From Macrostomum lignano (taxonomy: Eukaryota), in NCBI GenBank assembly GCA_002269645.1, contig NIVC01002498.1, positions 1 through 64,000 on the forward strand: DNA of 64,000 bases, read 5' to 3'. Each line of letters begins with the position of its first letter. The first letter of the stretch is position 1. Below are positions 34,542-47,022 of this stretch, piece by piece. The notes beneath the pieces are model-generated. The model was not told where the DNA came from. It worked only from the letters and a program-made list of their open reading frames with translations, and searched no databases. Made by a program: the position numbers and the translations under genes.

Positions 34542-34612
34542 GTTGTGGCAAACATGTCGACCAAGTCATGAAGAATATTCCTGAGGATCAACGTTGCAAG
34601 TGTCCAAGATAA
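34542..34612 (+). CDS. Second copy of microprotein exon 2 (orphan or alternative terminal exon)
   Basis: TTTTAG/GTTGTGGCAAACATG.. encodes GCGKHVDQVMKNIPEDQRCKCPR*. Part of the upstream intron (TTTGATTGATTATGC) is also duplicated; no exon 1 copy was found. Confidence 0.55.
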
Positions 34613-35003
34613 AAGATGTATATACTATTACCATTGGCTAGGCCCTATATCATATAGGGCCTAGCTACCAATTACAATTTTGTTGTAGGGATGATAAAGA
34701 TTGATATTGAGATGGATATTTTTACTTTTAATGCAAGGGGAGCCCTAAGTCCCTAGGGTCAAGCAACAGATTTTTGATACTGTATGCCAATTGTGGTTAG
34801 GATTGTAAGGGCTCAAGTTAAGATGAATGAAGCCAATAAGGAAGCTGCTTAGCATTTTCCACCATCAAAGAAGGCAAGACTGCAAGCAATGAGGCTTTTG
34901 CTGCCCAATCAACTCGGGAACCAACTGACACACAGGCCATCGCTCTCACAGAAGATCTTGGTAAGCATAGGAGATTTTGTTCTTTTAGTCACTTTAACAT
35001 TGA

Positions 35004-35370
35004 GGGGGGCCGTAGCCCAGCGGTAGCGCAGCTGCTCTGGTGTGCCAGCGACCCAGGCTCGATTCCAAGTGCAATGACATTAATTTTTGGCTGAATTGGA
35101 ATCTCGGCTTGGCTCTGCTCGTGCAATTAACGGCCTTGAGAGCCAACCCCCCAAGGCGCAGTGAAGTGTACATGCCTAACGATAATATAAAGTTAGGGCC
35201 GCTGTAGACTCCTGTGTGAGTGTGTGCCTGCGTACGTATCTGCGCGCTTGTGTGCCTGCTCAGGGGTGTCGGCGGAATGGGCAGTAATGCCTCTCGCCGG
35301 TTGTGTGCCTATGTCGCTTAAAGTGCGCCAGGGTGCACACAACCCCGCTGCCTCTAATAAATAAAAATAC
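35004..35370 (+). mobile_element. tRNA-derived SINE
   Basis: GGGGGGCCGTAGCCCAGCGG (A box), GGCTCGATTCC (B box, 35056-35066), body shared with 56175-56450, A-rich end AATAAATAAAAA. Confidence 0.75.
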
Positions 35371-35384
35371 TTTAACATTACAAG

Positions 35385-35655
35385 GTGAGATATGAGAGGG
35401 GAGAGAGGTGAGCGAATAGGGGAGAGGACAGAGGGGAGAAAGAGGAGAGAGGAGAGGGTAGGGAAGAGAGGAGAGGGAAGAAAGAAGAGGGGAGAAAGAG
35501 GAAAGAGAAGAGAGGAGAGGAGACGGCAGAGATGGGAGAACGAGGAGAGGAGAGGAGAGAGAAGATGGGAGAGATTAGAGAGAAGAGGGGAGAGAGGAGA
35601 GAGAAGAGAGGAGAGAGGAGAGGAAAGAATTATATAATATGTGAGAGAGGAGAGA
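35385..35655. repeat. GA-rich polypurine tract
   Basis: GAGAG/GGAGA low-complexity sequence. Confidence 0.9.
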
Positions 35656-36270
35656 AAATCATTGGATCAAAGGCTATTATTTATGGGCGGGGTACTTACA
35701 TGAAGTGGCTATTCATTAGCAAAGCTAAGTGCTAATAATTCCTAATTAGTGCTTTTCCTAGGCACATTCAAAGGCCAATTTTTACCACACCTGTCTAGAA
35801 AAAATATTGAAATGTTAACCTTTTACTGATATTTTGCATGTCTATAAAGCGTAGAGCAGTGTACTCTAGCTAAGCATTCAACCTCTAAATGTTATTTGTA
35901 GAGCAGCTGAGTTATTTACGACCCAATGCAATATCGCTGCATAACAGAACAATGGGCGCTAACTGCATGCTAGATAAACTTTTTTGTGGCCCTGCCTCCT
36001 GGCACTTTATGCGTCCCTGCTCAAACAAGCTCTCACTTGCAATAACACAGTATACTATTCTCATTCTCACTAGCCCATGGTGGGCAGTGTGCAGTTGAGT
36101 AAGTATTGATTGCACGTATAATCACAATAAGATAATACAGATACATTACCGACTTGGGTTTTGATGATTTTGGAGACCAGCACAGGCTGGCAGCTCTGTT
36201 TTCTGAGAAATGCTGCCCACTGACTTGAAAAGGAGCTCAGTTTAACTTACACGTATCAAAAGAGCAGTTC

Positions 36271-36447
36271 CTATGAGAACCTGTTTACAGTGAGACCAGT
36301 TGCTTATGAGAGCCTGTTTACAGAGAGACCAGTTCTTTATGAGAACCTGTTTACAGTGAGACCAGTTCTTTATGAGAACATGTTTACTATGAGACCAGTT
36401 CTTTATGAGAACCTATTTACAGAGAGACTAGTTTACCATGAGAACCC
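36271..36447. repeat. 33-bp tandem array
   Basis: Unit TTATGAGAACCTGTTTACAG(T/A)GAGACCAGTTCT. Confidence 0.9.
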
Positions 36448-37538
36448 CTGTCTACAGAGGCACTTTCACATGAGGAGAGACAGTTGCAATGAGTTATGCA
36501 GTCAAGCCTCAAGCTGCATTTACTAAAGTAGTCTCGCGACTGCATTTGCGTGTTTCTCGTACGGGCAAGTAGTAGATTTCGGCTACTTAGAGTACGCTCG
36601 TAGTGTAGCCATAATTGCTACGCTCTGTTTCCATTAATTTTTTAGTGTTACTACTATAAAATGAAGGTTTTGCCAATTTTGTAACTAAACTGTATAACTT
36701 ATCATGATTGTCACTTGAACTATAGCGATTACAACCCTCCGTAAATAAAGTGCTGGATTGTGGAAGAGCCAATTGAATGTCCATTTTCTTCACAATTGTG
36801 AAAAAAACAGCTATTAATTAAATTTATTTTATCGGTGTTCGCTCGTATTGCCATGCGTGTTAAGTAAATGTGACAAGAACAATTATTTTAAACGACACTA
36901 AGTTGCACTGCAGGCTATGCAAGGACGAATGTCTGCACGCGTGTACTTTAAAGCACAGAGGGAATAATGAAGTGCAGCAATGCGAGAAGGGAAAAGATGC
37001 TACAGTTATCTACGGAACGGCAAAACGATATAAAACTATATATAAGTAATCTTTGTTGACGATACTCAGGTCTTTGTATGCACACCAAAATACGTGTGAA
37101 AGCAATTATAAAGTTGGTACTTCACTAAGACTTTTAATGTGAAAACTGATTGAAACTAAAGAGATAGCATAGAGGTACCTAGCACTATTATTAGTAAACT
37201 AGCGAGGTAAGTAAGAGAATATAAATTGTTCAGCATATGTTTGGCTTGTCATTATGCTTGCGCAGTGCCTATAACATCATACAAGTAATACTGCGGGACT
37301 CGCACGACTAAATTTGCACTAGGAAAATGTCGGACTCGCGCAAAAGCCGGCAGAGCTTATTCGAGCCATGCATAGCAATTTCTTTAAAACTTTTAGATTA
37401 GAAAGGACTGTTTCTTCTGATCTCTAGTACACTCCTCTGAAACTGAAGTGCGGTCTAATGACCATTAGGCTACCTATTTAGATATGGTGCGCAAAGCTAT
37501 AGGGATGGATCTACAAAGCTGTTGGCTGGTCCTGGTAA

Positions 37539-40500
37539 TTACTGCTGATATGCTTGAGACTCCACACTCTCGTCTGCTGCCGCCTCAGACGGGGCGCTGT
37601 TTCCGCTGCCCACCTGCAGGCCCAGTAGCTCACTGAGGGCACCGGGTAGCGCTGACTGAAATATGCTCATAGGCTGCGACTGCTGCTGTTGCGATGGCGG
37701 CGGAGGTCGCGGCGGGGGCGACGTGGAGGAGCCGAAACCGAACGCCGCCGCCAGCGGGTCGAAGGCGGAGCCGCCACCTTTGCCTGCTGAAGTGGCGTCG
37801 CCTGGCTGCGCTGAAGCGAATGGGTCGTCCGGAATCTCCAGGTCAGTAAAAACTGGCTTCGGCGGCGGCGGCGGTGGCGGCTGTGCTGGCTGCTGCTGCT
37901 GCTGCTGCTGCTGCTTCTGCTTCTGTTGCTTCGGCGAGTCGTCGAGCACGCTGGTTACCGGAGGTTTCTTTCGCTCGCCCAGCTCGTAGCTGATGGCCCA
38001 ACTGTAGCTGTACTTGGCCGTGTACTGCACAAACTTTCCAGCTTGGGCGGTGTGGTCCAGCCCGATGCTGCGGACAGTGCAGCCGGACACGGTGCTCCCC
38101 GGCATGCGGAATTCCACCTGGGCGCTGGGCTCCAAGGCCTCCCAGCTGGGCACCGTATCGTGAGGCCCGAGCTGCAGTCTGCACGTGAACAGGTGCGACT
38201 TGTACGCACCTGAAGTGGAGTTGTGGTTTGAGGATTGCTGTGGGAATACATTGTTCTATACACCATCTCCTGCAGCTGATTATGATCTTAAGATACAGAG
38301 CAAATGCTCTCGTCAGATCTTTCCATCATCAAATGAGATATTCTTTCCTTCAGTATAATGGAAAGACCTGACGGTTACCTGCTCTGTATCTTCGATGTAT
38401 CTTCAGATCATCATGCGATGGTCAAATGAAAAATGATCCTCTTATTTTTCGTGAACCGCCTTGCTATGGCAGGGGCCATCATCTTTAAGCAATATTCGGG
38501 TAGTGTCCTTGTGACGATATGAATATTTTTAGACACTGCTTTTTCTCTCATATAGCTTACATCGATACCGCGAAAAGTCTCACCGTGGTGCTTCTCCGGC
38601 AGTTTGGAAATTCGCCACACAATGGCTCGGTACAGATGCTCGTACTTGGCCACACCAACATTGGCCTCCATGATGGACGGCGGGAAGAAGCCCTGTGCCA
38701 TCTGCGTGATCCGCTCGATGCCCTTGATGCGGCCCGGCTTGCGCAGCGCCGAGTGCACCGAGTTGTACTTAAACTTGCCTTCCTGTCGGAAGAAATAGAC
38801 CCAGTCTTCCGGGATCGGAATACGGATCTCGATGTCCTCTGCGGGGACCTCGTGGCAGCGTGTGTGGCTGCTGAAGAAGCCGGGCACCATGACGTCGCAG
38901 CGGATGTTGACCCGGTCCTGGTCGATGGAGAACACACACTTCAGCTGAAGGGGAAGCTCCTGGTTCTCGCGCAGGGCAACTCGAAACCGCATGAGCTCGA
39001 AACGACAAGCATCCAGAGGGTAGAAGCATATCATGTGCGAGTTGTTGTATCGGTCCATGTCCACCACCGCGTGGAACTCGGGCTCGTACATGTCGATCCA
39101 GTCGTCGTGCAGCATGGGAATAATGTCCTGCCGCTTGACCACCTCGTTTCCGTAGCGCCACTTGTCGTTGAGTCCCAGCTCAACGTAGGGCATGCCGGTC
39201 ACAAAGGCGGTGAAGAACACCCGAGTACGCGACTTCTGCCGCTGAATGCGGCCCTGCAAGTCCACGGCAGCCTCGTACTCGTCCTGAACGTAGGCGCAGA
39301 CCTCCTCCTTGACGTAGTCGACAGGCGCTTTATTGCGGTCTCTGACCACCGTAGAGCGCATCATGAGGTCCTCGATCTGCCACATCAGAGACCGGATGTC
39401 GTGCTGGTTGATGCTGCCAAACTTTACAATCTCCTGTCGCACAGGCATGTGATCCAACACGTCTGTGGTCTTCGGCTTGGCCAGCATGTTCTGAATATTT
39501 TTTAGCGACCACTTTTCTGTACGAACGCCGACCATCTCCTTGTAGGTCAGGAGGTTTACCTTGAAGATGTGCAGCTTTCCGTATTTATCGTACTGCTGCA
39601 GCTTAGCTTGGCTTAGTTGAAAAAAGGGCTCCAGGCGAATGCATCGGTACGGATTCTCCAGGTCCTCCAGGTTGAACAACTTCAGCGTTGGTCGTTCCTG
39701 CTCCCATACCAGACGCACCAGAATGTCCTTCCACCAACGGTCAGAAGTGAACTTGCTCATTTGCTTGCCGAGCTTCTTCTTGGTTTCTGGCATGCGAATA
39801 AAAAGTTTCCAGCTGTCGCCCATGCAGGCTGGGTGAAACGGCTCAAACGGCGGCATCGGCGGCGTCTCCGAGCGTAGGCGGCTCCGGCGACCCGACTCTT
39901 CAGCTTCCCCCGCTGCCGGCCGGGCCCAGTCGACCTCAAAAGCCGCCGCCTCGCCAGCACCCGACGCCTCGCCCCAAAAATTATCGTCGGCACCTAGATC
40001 GGCAGTGGTGGTTTCCGCTCCGCCAAGATTGAAAGGGTTGAAACGGTTCTGATCGTCATCATCTTCGTTTACCGTTTCTGTGAAGGCGGCAGCTGCTGCT
40101 GCTGCTGCTGCTTTCGCTTGAGCCCTCGACGGCGGCCCCTGGATGTGCGGCACCACTTCCGCCTCTGCTGCTTCGTCGCCGCCACCGATTTTGACACTCA
40201 CCGAGACGCCAGCGCCGCCGTCCTCGTCGCCGCTGTTGTCACTCTCCGGATAGATGGTGGACAGCGGGTCAAAGCCGTTTGCCTCCCCGTCAGTCAGCTC
40301 TGCTTTAGTCTCCGCGGGCTCTTCTACCGCAACATTTTTTGGAGTTTCCGCTGCTTGTGGCGACGCAGTCATCAGAAACGGATCGTCGGCCTCCAAAGAT
40401 GCGACTCGAAACGGGTTGTTCCCGGACAGCGTGTCCTGCCGAGGCACGCCCTTGGCCCGATCCCGCCTCGTCGGCGTGGATTCCTCCGCGGGCAGGATTT

Positions 40501-40666
40501 TTGCTGTAGCCGCCGCCGAGAAGTTGGAAAAATCTCCAGCAGCGTCAAATGGATTTTCCTCGTCGGGAGCGAGGTCGACTGCTTCGCCAAAAGCGCTGGA
40601 GAAGGGGTCGAAGGCAGACTGGTCAAACACGCCATCGTCAAGTTCATCCTGGTCCTGTTTGGCCAT
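37539..40666 (-). CDS. STON2: Stonin (stoned B/stonin-2) endocytic adaptor
   Basis: Exons 38584-40666 and 37539-38209 (phase 1). N-terminal NPF/DPF motifs, stonin-homology region (SWKLFIRMPETKKKL..RWWKDILVRL) and mu-homology domain (VKEEVCAYVQDEY, GMPYVELGLND, FYPLDACRFELMRFR, AKYEHLYRAIVWRI, KFVQYTAKYSY). Confidence 0.9.
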
Positions 40667-43600
40667 GGCGGAGGAATCAGCTTGGACGCAAAGAACGGAA
40701 TTGACTGACGCCCCCTCAGTTGGGGCCGGTGCTGATTTCTGCTCCGGATTCCTTCTGCCTCGGAAGAGTTCTCAAAAGTTGCGCCTTCGCTTCCCCTGTT
40801 TGCAGTCCGTGAGATCTCCGCACTTTCGCTCACAAGGAATGATGAAAAGAAAAAGACTGGACTGAATGGAAATGGAACTCTAGAAGATTTTGTGTGTTAG
40901 CATGTGCCCGTGCGCGGGCCTGAGCAGGCGTGCTGGCTGGCGGCCCGTGTACTACCGCGTCTCTCCAGCTCAACTCTGCGATGAGGAGCTCCAGATTAGT
41001 GGCTCTCTGCGGCTGTTTCTCCCTCCTTCTCTCTGCTGCCGGCGACACGCCTCTCCCCTGCCTTCTTTGCTTACCCTCTGCGACAATCCCCTCCCCAGCT
41101 TCTCTGCACTTCTCTCCGGGCCCGCCAGCCCCGGCTCCTGTACTCATGCATGCGCGCATTTTTGCGGCAAGAGCAAGAGCTGGCTGACTGCCTGCCCCCA
41201 GTCCTCATCCGCCCTCTTCCCCCGCTCCCTCTGAGATGCATTCTCGGCTCTCTCTCTCCAGTTCCTCTCGCTCATGGAGCCAAGCCAGATCGATAGCCCG
41301 CGGACCTCCCTACCCTCCTCCTAATGGCCGGTGTGCTGCACTCAGCCACTGACTTCGCCCCCTTCTGTCTCTGCCTTCCCTCCGAGGTCCTGCATTGGCT
41401 TTAAAGCACCTTTCGAAAGTGGCGCGGCGGGAGAAAAAGTTGAGCTCCCTCTTGTCCGATGAAACTGTATCGGATGAGCTGCTGCTGCTAGTCCGATCTG
41501 CCTCATCTCCCAATCTCCCTTGATCCCCATCGCCTTGTGTCGGGCAGGCATGGCTGATAATTCACGAGATTTAAACAGTGCTTTGACAGTGGATAAAGAG
41601 AATAATGCGCAGGGGGTAAATTAGGGATGGAGGAATAAGAAAGCAGAGGAGGAGCTCAGATAAATGGAGAGCGCTCGGTCAGGGAGACAGTCGGAATAAA
41701 ATTTTGTGTCCCCTAGGAATTCTGAAATTTCCGCGAGCTCAGCTGGCGTGTTTCTGCAGTCTCCGGTCCCTCAGTTTCTCCCATCTTTCTCGCATTTCCT
41801 GCTATCTGTTTTTCCCGCTCTGCCGGGCCTCAAAGCGAGTCGGAGCGGAGCGGTCGCACGAGCTGCACTTGAGCTGGGAGCAGAGCATGACGAGCGAGCG
41901 CTTGGCCATCCGTTTCTTTGATTCTGTTCTCACAGTTTGCTATTGCATTTAGGTTTGCCTAACTAATTAAAAAGAAAGTGGCTTTTAATACTCGGGAAGA
42001 CTCGTGTTCAAGGGTTCTTTCATTTTTGTCCATTTGCGCTTTAGGAAACTGCTCATCCGAGACGGCGGTGGCGGATTTGAATGAAGTTTTACCGGTGCGA
42101 GATGCGAGAGTGGAAACTGAAGAGGATGGAATTTGAGAGGCAGGGTGTCGGTTGGGGGGATGACAGCTTAAATAAAGCCCAGATGTGATTAGGAATGTTA
42201 AAGAGGCTTACGGTTAAGAGCGAAGAGTGATAACAGTGAGGGCTGCTAAGGTTGAGCAGCAGGGGTGGACAGTGAGGGTGAGCAGCAGGGGTCAAAGCAT
42301 CATCAGGCCTATAGCAGTGTGTCATGCTGCCTTTCGGAGAGTTCAGCAGCCGCTTTCGCTTCCTGCTTTCGCTAGTGAGTTTCCTTCTCTTTGAAGACAG
42401 TTGCTATGCCATGGGCTCGGATTCGGAACAGGTAATTAATTGCATGTGCTCTGTCTGATATGCCTCAAAGGTAAAGAGGTGAAAGCGTTAATTTTATCCA
42501 TATTTGCTCGCAAGCTGCTTGTGACGTCTCGGGTCGTGCGACTCGTCAGGGATGAATTTCACAGGCACGCCAGAACTGTGCTGCCCATGCTACTACTTGG
42601 AGTAGGCAGCTGGAGGAATCTCATTGAAATTAGTGCAATTTCTGTATTGATTCAAGTGCGCAGACTTGAGCTCTAAATTAAATATTTACAAATGTCATCT
42701 CAAAACGTCCCAATGGCTTTCGAACTTGAGACTTCATGCAATTCTGCTTCACGTTCCTAATTTGTAGCACTTCTTATATTAATTTCATTAATTGAAGCTG
42801 TAAGCAAACAATTTAAAAAAAGTGCTAAAAAATTCGCGATATTGAATCGAACTTCGCTGGGCTGAACTCGCCAACTGTGCGAGGGAATTATCTGACAAAT
42901 CGTTCCACTTTCGGAGTTGCTGAACTCCCTCCTATCGCTTTGATATCAGCCAAACTGCTTGTCGCTATTCCAGCACTGGCTGCACTTCTCTCTGTCTGTC
43001 TTTTCAGCGGCCTTGCCACTCGGCAGGCTCGGAAAAAACCTCCGGCTAAAAAATGCCCCCCCCTTGCTGGGTAGCAACAGAATTGCCGCTACTCTCAAAA
43101 CACTGCGACACGCGATGTCCTCATTTCGAATCCCCATTCTCTGTCTTTGAGTGGTCGATTTCTGAAGTGCTCAAAGTGATAGACACGTGCGACCGCTTCT
43201 GTTTGATCTGCAGGTTCGAATTTATTGTAAGAGCGAATGATTGTGGTGTGATTAACTGGGTCTAAAAGACTATTCGGTTTGAGATAATTGTGGGTAGGAT
43301 ATTCCATGCATCATAGTAGCGTTTTATCCCTGAATCCGGTAGAGTGTACAGGGTACAATACGAGCTACAAGTACACGAGTCCTTACTCAGGTAACAGCTG
43401 TCGGCTTTCCGGAATCTGGGGCGTCAGGACGCTGGGCCACTAACCAAATTTAGCTAGGTGTTATATTACGCTTATTAGTTTAATTAAATTTGCACCGCAC
43501 AATGGGCTTGGGTCCCAGTGGGTCAGTAAAATCGCGACTAAAAAGCCAGACCACCACGCCTCCCGACCGGCCCTACCCCACGCCAGCCAATCACACCGCG

Positions 43601-43754
43601 GGAGGGGGAGAGAGAGAAACTGAGCCTGCTGCCTGGCCCAGCCAATGAGGACTCTGCGGCTCTCAGCGCCAAAGCTAAAGACGAAAGCAATACAAGACGC
43701 ATGGGAGTTGATAGACAGGCGCACTGAGTCGTGTGGCATTTCAGGTAATTTGCA

Positions 43755-43965
43755 CAGGATATTCCAGGTATTTAAGATGGAAATTCCAGGCATTAAAGAT
43801 AGGACATTCCAGGTATTTTGGGTCAGGATATTCCAGTATTTAGGACTGGACATTCCAGGTATTTTGGGACCGGGATACTCCAGGTAATTTATGTAGGAGA
43901 TTCCAGGTATTTATTTAGTAGATAATGTAGATTCCAGGTAATTTATTTAGGAGATTCCAGGTATT
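43755..43965. repeat. Degenerate array of ATTCCAGGTA(T/A)TT units
   Basis: Repeated ATTCCAGGTA cores. Confidence 0.75.
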
Positions 43966-44217
43966 TCGGCGGGGAAAATTATTACTAGGCTTTGAGAACC
44001 GGGGCTTCTGAAGCACTTTATACTCGATAGTTTACCAGATGCTCAAGTTATCCCTAAGCCAGCGCAGTCCACAGCAGCATCACTCTCTGCAGATAAATGC
44101 TTCATAAAGCCGGAGTTCGCTAGCCAATGAACGAACTCCCTGTCTGCCAATGCCTGCGGGGCTGCACTGATATTATGGAGCGACAGTCGCTGCTGCAGCA
44201 GAACAGCTCCTAAAGAG

Positions 44218-45396
44218 ATGGCAAGCTCGGCTGCTGACGTCAACAACTGCACGGAGCACTCGGTACTCGGCTCCCCGGGCGCGGCGCAGGCCTCCCTCAT
44301 CTTCTACGCCTGCCTCGGCTTCATCGGGGTCGTTGGCAACGCGCACGTCATGCTGGTGTTCCGGTCAAGCCGGGAGCGCAGCCTCCGCTTCCTTGTGCTG
44401 TTTCTGAGCTGCCTGGACCTGGGCATCTCGGGCCTCATCCTGCCCCTGGACTGCTACCGGGTGTACTCGGAGTTCGCCACGAGGGGCCGCCTACCCTGGC
44501 ACTTCCTGGGCACCGTGATTCTCTCCTCAAGACAGGCGGCCTTCGAGCTGGAAGGCTGCGTGCTGGTGCTGATCGCCGTGGACCGCTTCCTGTGCGTGGT
44601 GAAGGCGCGGCAGGAAGGCCTCTCCTACAGGCGCACCGCGGCCGCCCTGCTCGCCAGCGCCGCCGCCGTGGTTGCCTTGGAAACCAGCATCGTGGTCACG
44701 CACTACGTCATCGAGGACGACTGCGAGTTGAAGACAAAACTGGAGACCTCCCTGCTGGTGTTCTACGGCGCCCTGGGCACGTGCTCGATCGCGCTGGTGG
44801 CCGGCCTGTACGCCAGGATCCTCTCCTTCGTGGCCGCCATGGAGCGGCGCAGGTCTCACCGTCGGAAGCGCGCGCGCCAGACTCTGAGCAGCCTGACCAT
44901 GCAGCCACGCGGCCGGCCGCGGGCCACCCTCGGCAGCAGCACCGGGGCGGCGCCGTCGCAGTCGCCGGCGAACGCGGCCACGCCGATTGCCGAGACGGCG
45001 GAGGCAGCCGCGCTGGCCGAGGAGGCGCCCTTGAACAACGGGCATGAGCCGCCGCGCTGCCCGCTGGTGCAGTTCAGCCTCGATGTCCAGCCGACGGCGG
45101 CGGAGGGCAACGCCGGCGACGACTCGGATGCTCCGGTCGGGTGTGCAGAGCCGCGCGGGCCGTCCCCGGTGGCCTGGTTCCCGCTGCGCCTCGCCCTGAT
45201 GTTGTTCGGCGCCTCCGTGCTGTTCTACCTCAGCCTCCTGCCGGGCATCCTCATCAACTTCAGCATCATCAGCGACTCGCCGCTGCACCGCCTCTACTAC
45301 CTGAACTCCTCCCTGAACTTTGCCGTGTACGCGCTGTTCAACCCCAAATTCAGGTCCGACCTGCGCGGCCTGTACTTGAAACGGTGCGGGCTGTGA
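44218..45396 (+). CDS. Intronless rhodopsin-like (class A) orphan GPCR, 392 aa
   Basis: Seven hydrophobic segments; TM1 GVVGN, TM2 LSCLDL, TM3 IAVDRF, long ICL3, TM7 NSSLNFAVYALFNPKFR. Confidence 0.9.
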   Translation: MASSAADVNNCTEHSVLGSPGAAQASLIFYACLGFIGVVGNAHVMLVFRSSRERSLRFLVLFLSCLDLGISGLILPLDCYRVYSEFATRGRLPWHFLGTVILSSRQAAFELEGCVLVLIAVDRFLCVVKARQEGLSYRRTAAALLASAAAVVALETSIVVTHYVIEDDCELKTKLETSLLVFYGALGTCSIALVAGLYARILSFVAAMERRRSHRRKRARQTLSSLTMQPRGRPRATLGSSTGAAPSQSPANAATPIAETAEAAALAEEAPLNNGHEPPRCPLVQFSLDVQPTAAEGNAGDDSDAPVGCAEPRGPSPVAWFPLRLALMLFGASVLFYLSLLPGILINFSIISDSPLHRLYYLNSSLNFAVYALFNPKFRSDLRGLYLKRCGL

Positions 45397-45397
45397 C

Positions 45398-45604
45398 TGG
45401 CTGGGACCACGGATCTCTGATAGCCTGGCTGGGATCACGGATCTCTGATGGCCTGGCTGGGATCACGGATATCTGATAGCCTGGCTGGGATCACGGATCT
45501 CTGATGGCCTGGCTGGGATCACGGATCTCTGATAGCCTGGCTGGGATCTCAGATCTCTGATAGCCTGGCTGGGATCTCAGATCTCTGATAGCCTTGCTGG
45601 GATC
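45398..45604. repeat. 28-bp tandem array starting at the GPCR stop
   Basis: Unit CTGGCTGGGATCACGGATCTCTGATAGC. Confidence 0.9.
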
Positions 45605-46197
45605 ACAAATCAAAGATCACAAACGGACTGAGATATCACAAACGCAACAGACCTATTTTCATAACTAAAAATGTTGTTTTTAATATGAGCACCATTGAAC
45701 TCACTCTCAATTCTTCATCCCTGTCACCGCCCTAGATGCAGCGAAAGTCCTTCGGTTTTGTCACCATCAACACCCCCTTGACCTAATTTTTTTATTGACT
45801 TTTCAAGCCGAAAATTGCTAGTCGAGTACACAGGAACACCAGTGCTTGAACCGTGAGTCTGCGGCTGTATTGTCTTCATCATTCGCCATATGTGAATTTC
45901 CTACTGAGTAATCGCTAATTACTATATGTCCAAATGATGGAGTGAGACACCTGAGCCCGTGTCCATCCTCGCCCAACATCTCAGATTCCCAAAGCAGTTT
46001 TCCATACAGGTTTCATCATTCAACTCAAAACAGGCCCCAGGAAATGTGCAGTCGCTCACCTGGGCGGGGCCGCACTTTCCTGTTGTCCAATTTGCAAACA
46101 CGTGACTTCATTGCGACTCCCTTCTGCGTCCCTCACTCTGAATGTAGAATAACTCTGCACTTCCCCATATGGGCAACTTCTGACTCGATTATATGAC

Positions 46198-46663
46198 ACT
46201 GTATGTCACTCAGATTGGCGGTGTATGTCACTCAGATTGGCGGTGTATGTCACTCAGATTGGCGGTGTATGTCACTCAGATTGGCGGTGTATGTCACTCA
46301 GATTGGCACTGCGTATGTCACTCAGATTGGCACTGTGTATGTCACTCAGATTGTCTGTCACTCAGACTGTATGTCACTCAGACTGTATGTCACTCAGACT
46401 GTATGTCACTCAGACTGTATGTCACTCAGACTGTATGTCACTCAGACTGTATGTCACTCAGATTGTATGCCACTCAGACTGTATGTCGCTCAGACTGTAT
46501 GTCACTCAAACTGTATGTCACTCAGACTGTATGTCACTCAGACTGTATGTCGCTCAGACTGTATGTCACTCAGACTGTATGTCACTCAGACTGTATGTCA
46601 CTCAGACTGTATGTCGCTCAGACTGTATGTCACTCAGACTGTATGTCACTCAGACTGTATGTC
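46198..46663. repeat. 22-bp then 16-bp tandem array
   Basis: GTATGTCACTCAGATTGGCGGT, then TGTATGTCACTCAGAC. Confidence 0.95.
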
Positions 46664-47022
46664 GCTCCAATGTCCCGTTCATCGACCGACTACACCCCAG
46701 TCAGGCTTCCCTCGTTATTGCTTCTTTAAACAAGCGGCTGAAACAAAAATTTGGATGAAATTTCCCCAAGAATCGCTGTCCAGGAGTCACAAAAATGTGA
46801 GCCCAAATCGAAAAATTTCTGCGCACTTTGTGCTCAGAAAGCTCGCTGTAGCATTGCAGCGGGATGGCTGACCGGGAGCCGAGCTTGACAGCAGCGGAGG
46901 CTGAACTCGAAAATAAAATTTCACTGAGCAGAGAGTGATTAAACTTGTTGTGCATTTGATGATGAGCGCTGCTGGAGGCTGGAAATGCTTTCCGCAATGC
47001 TTACAGATTTGAGAGTCCTTGT

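Noticed and set aside
35004-35070. Possible tRNA gene
   Set aside because: A and B boxes are present but the cloverleaf is incomplete, and it continues into a repeated body, so it is a SINE head.
40830-41950. Short GC-rich ORFs upstream of stonin
   Set aside because: No recognisable domain or consistent splice structure; probably UTR or promoter sequence.
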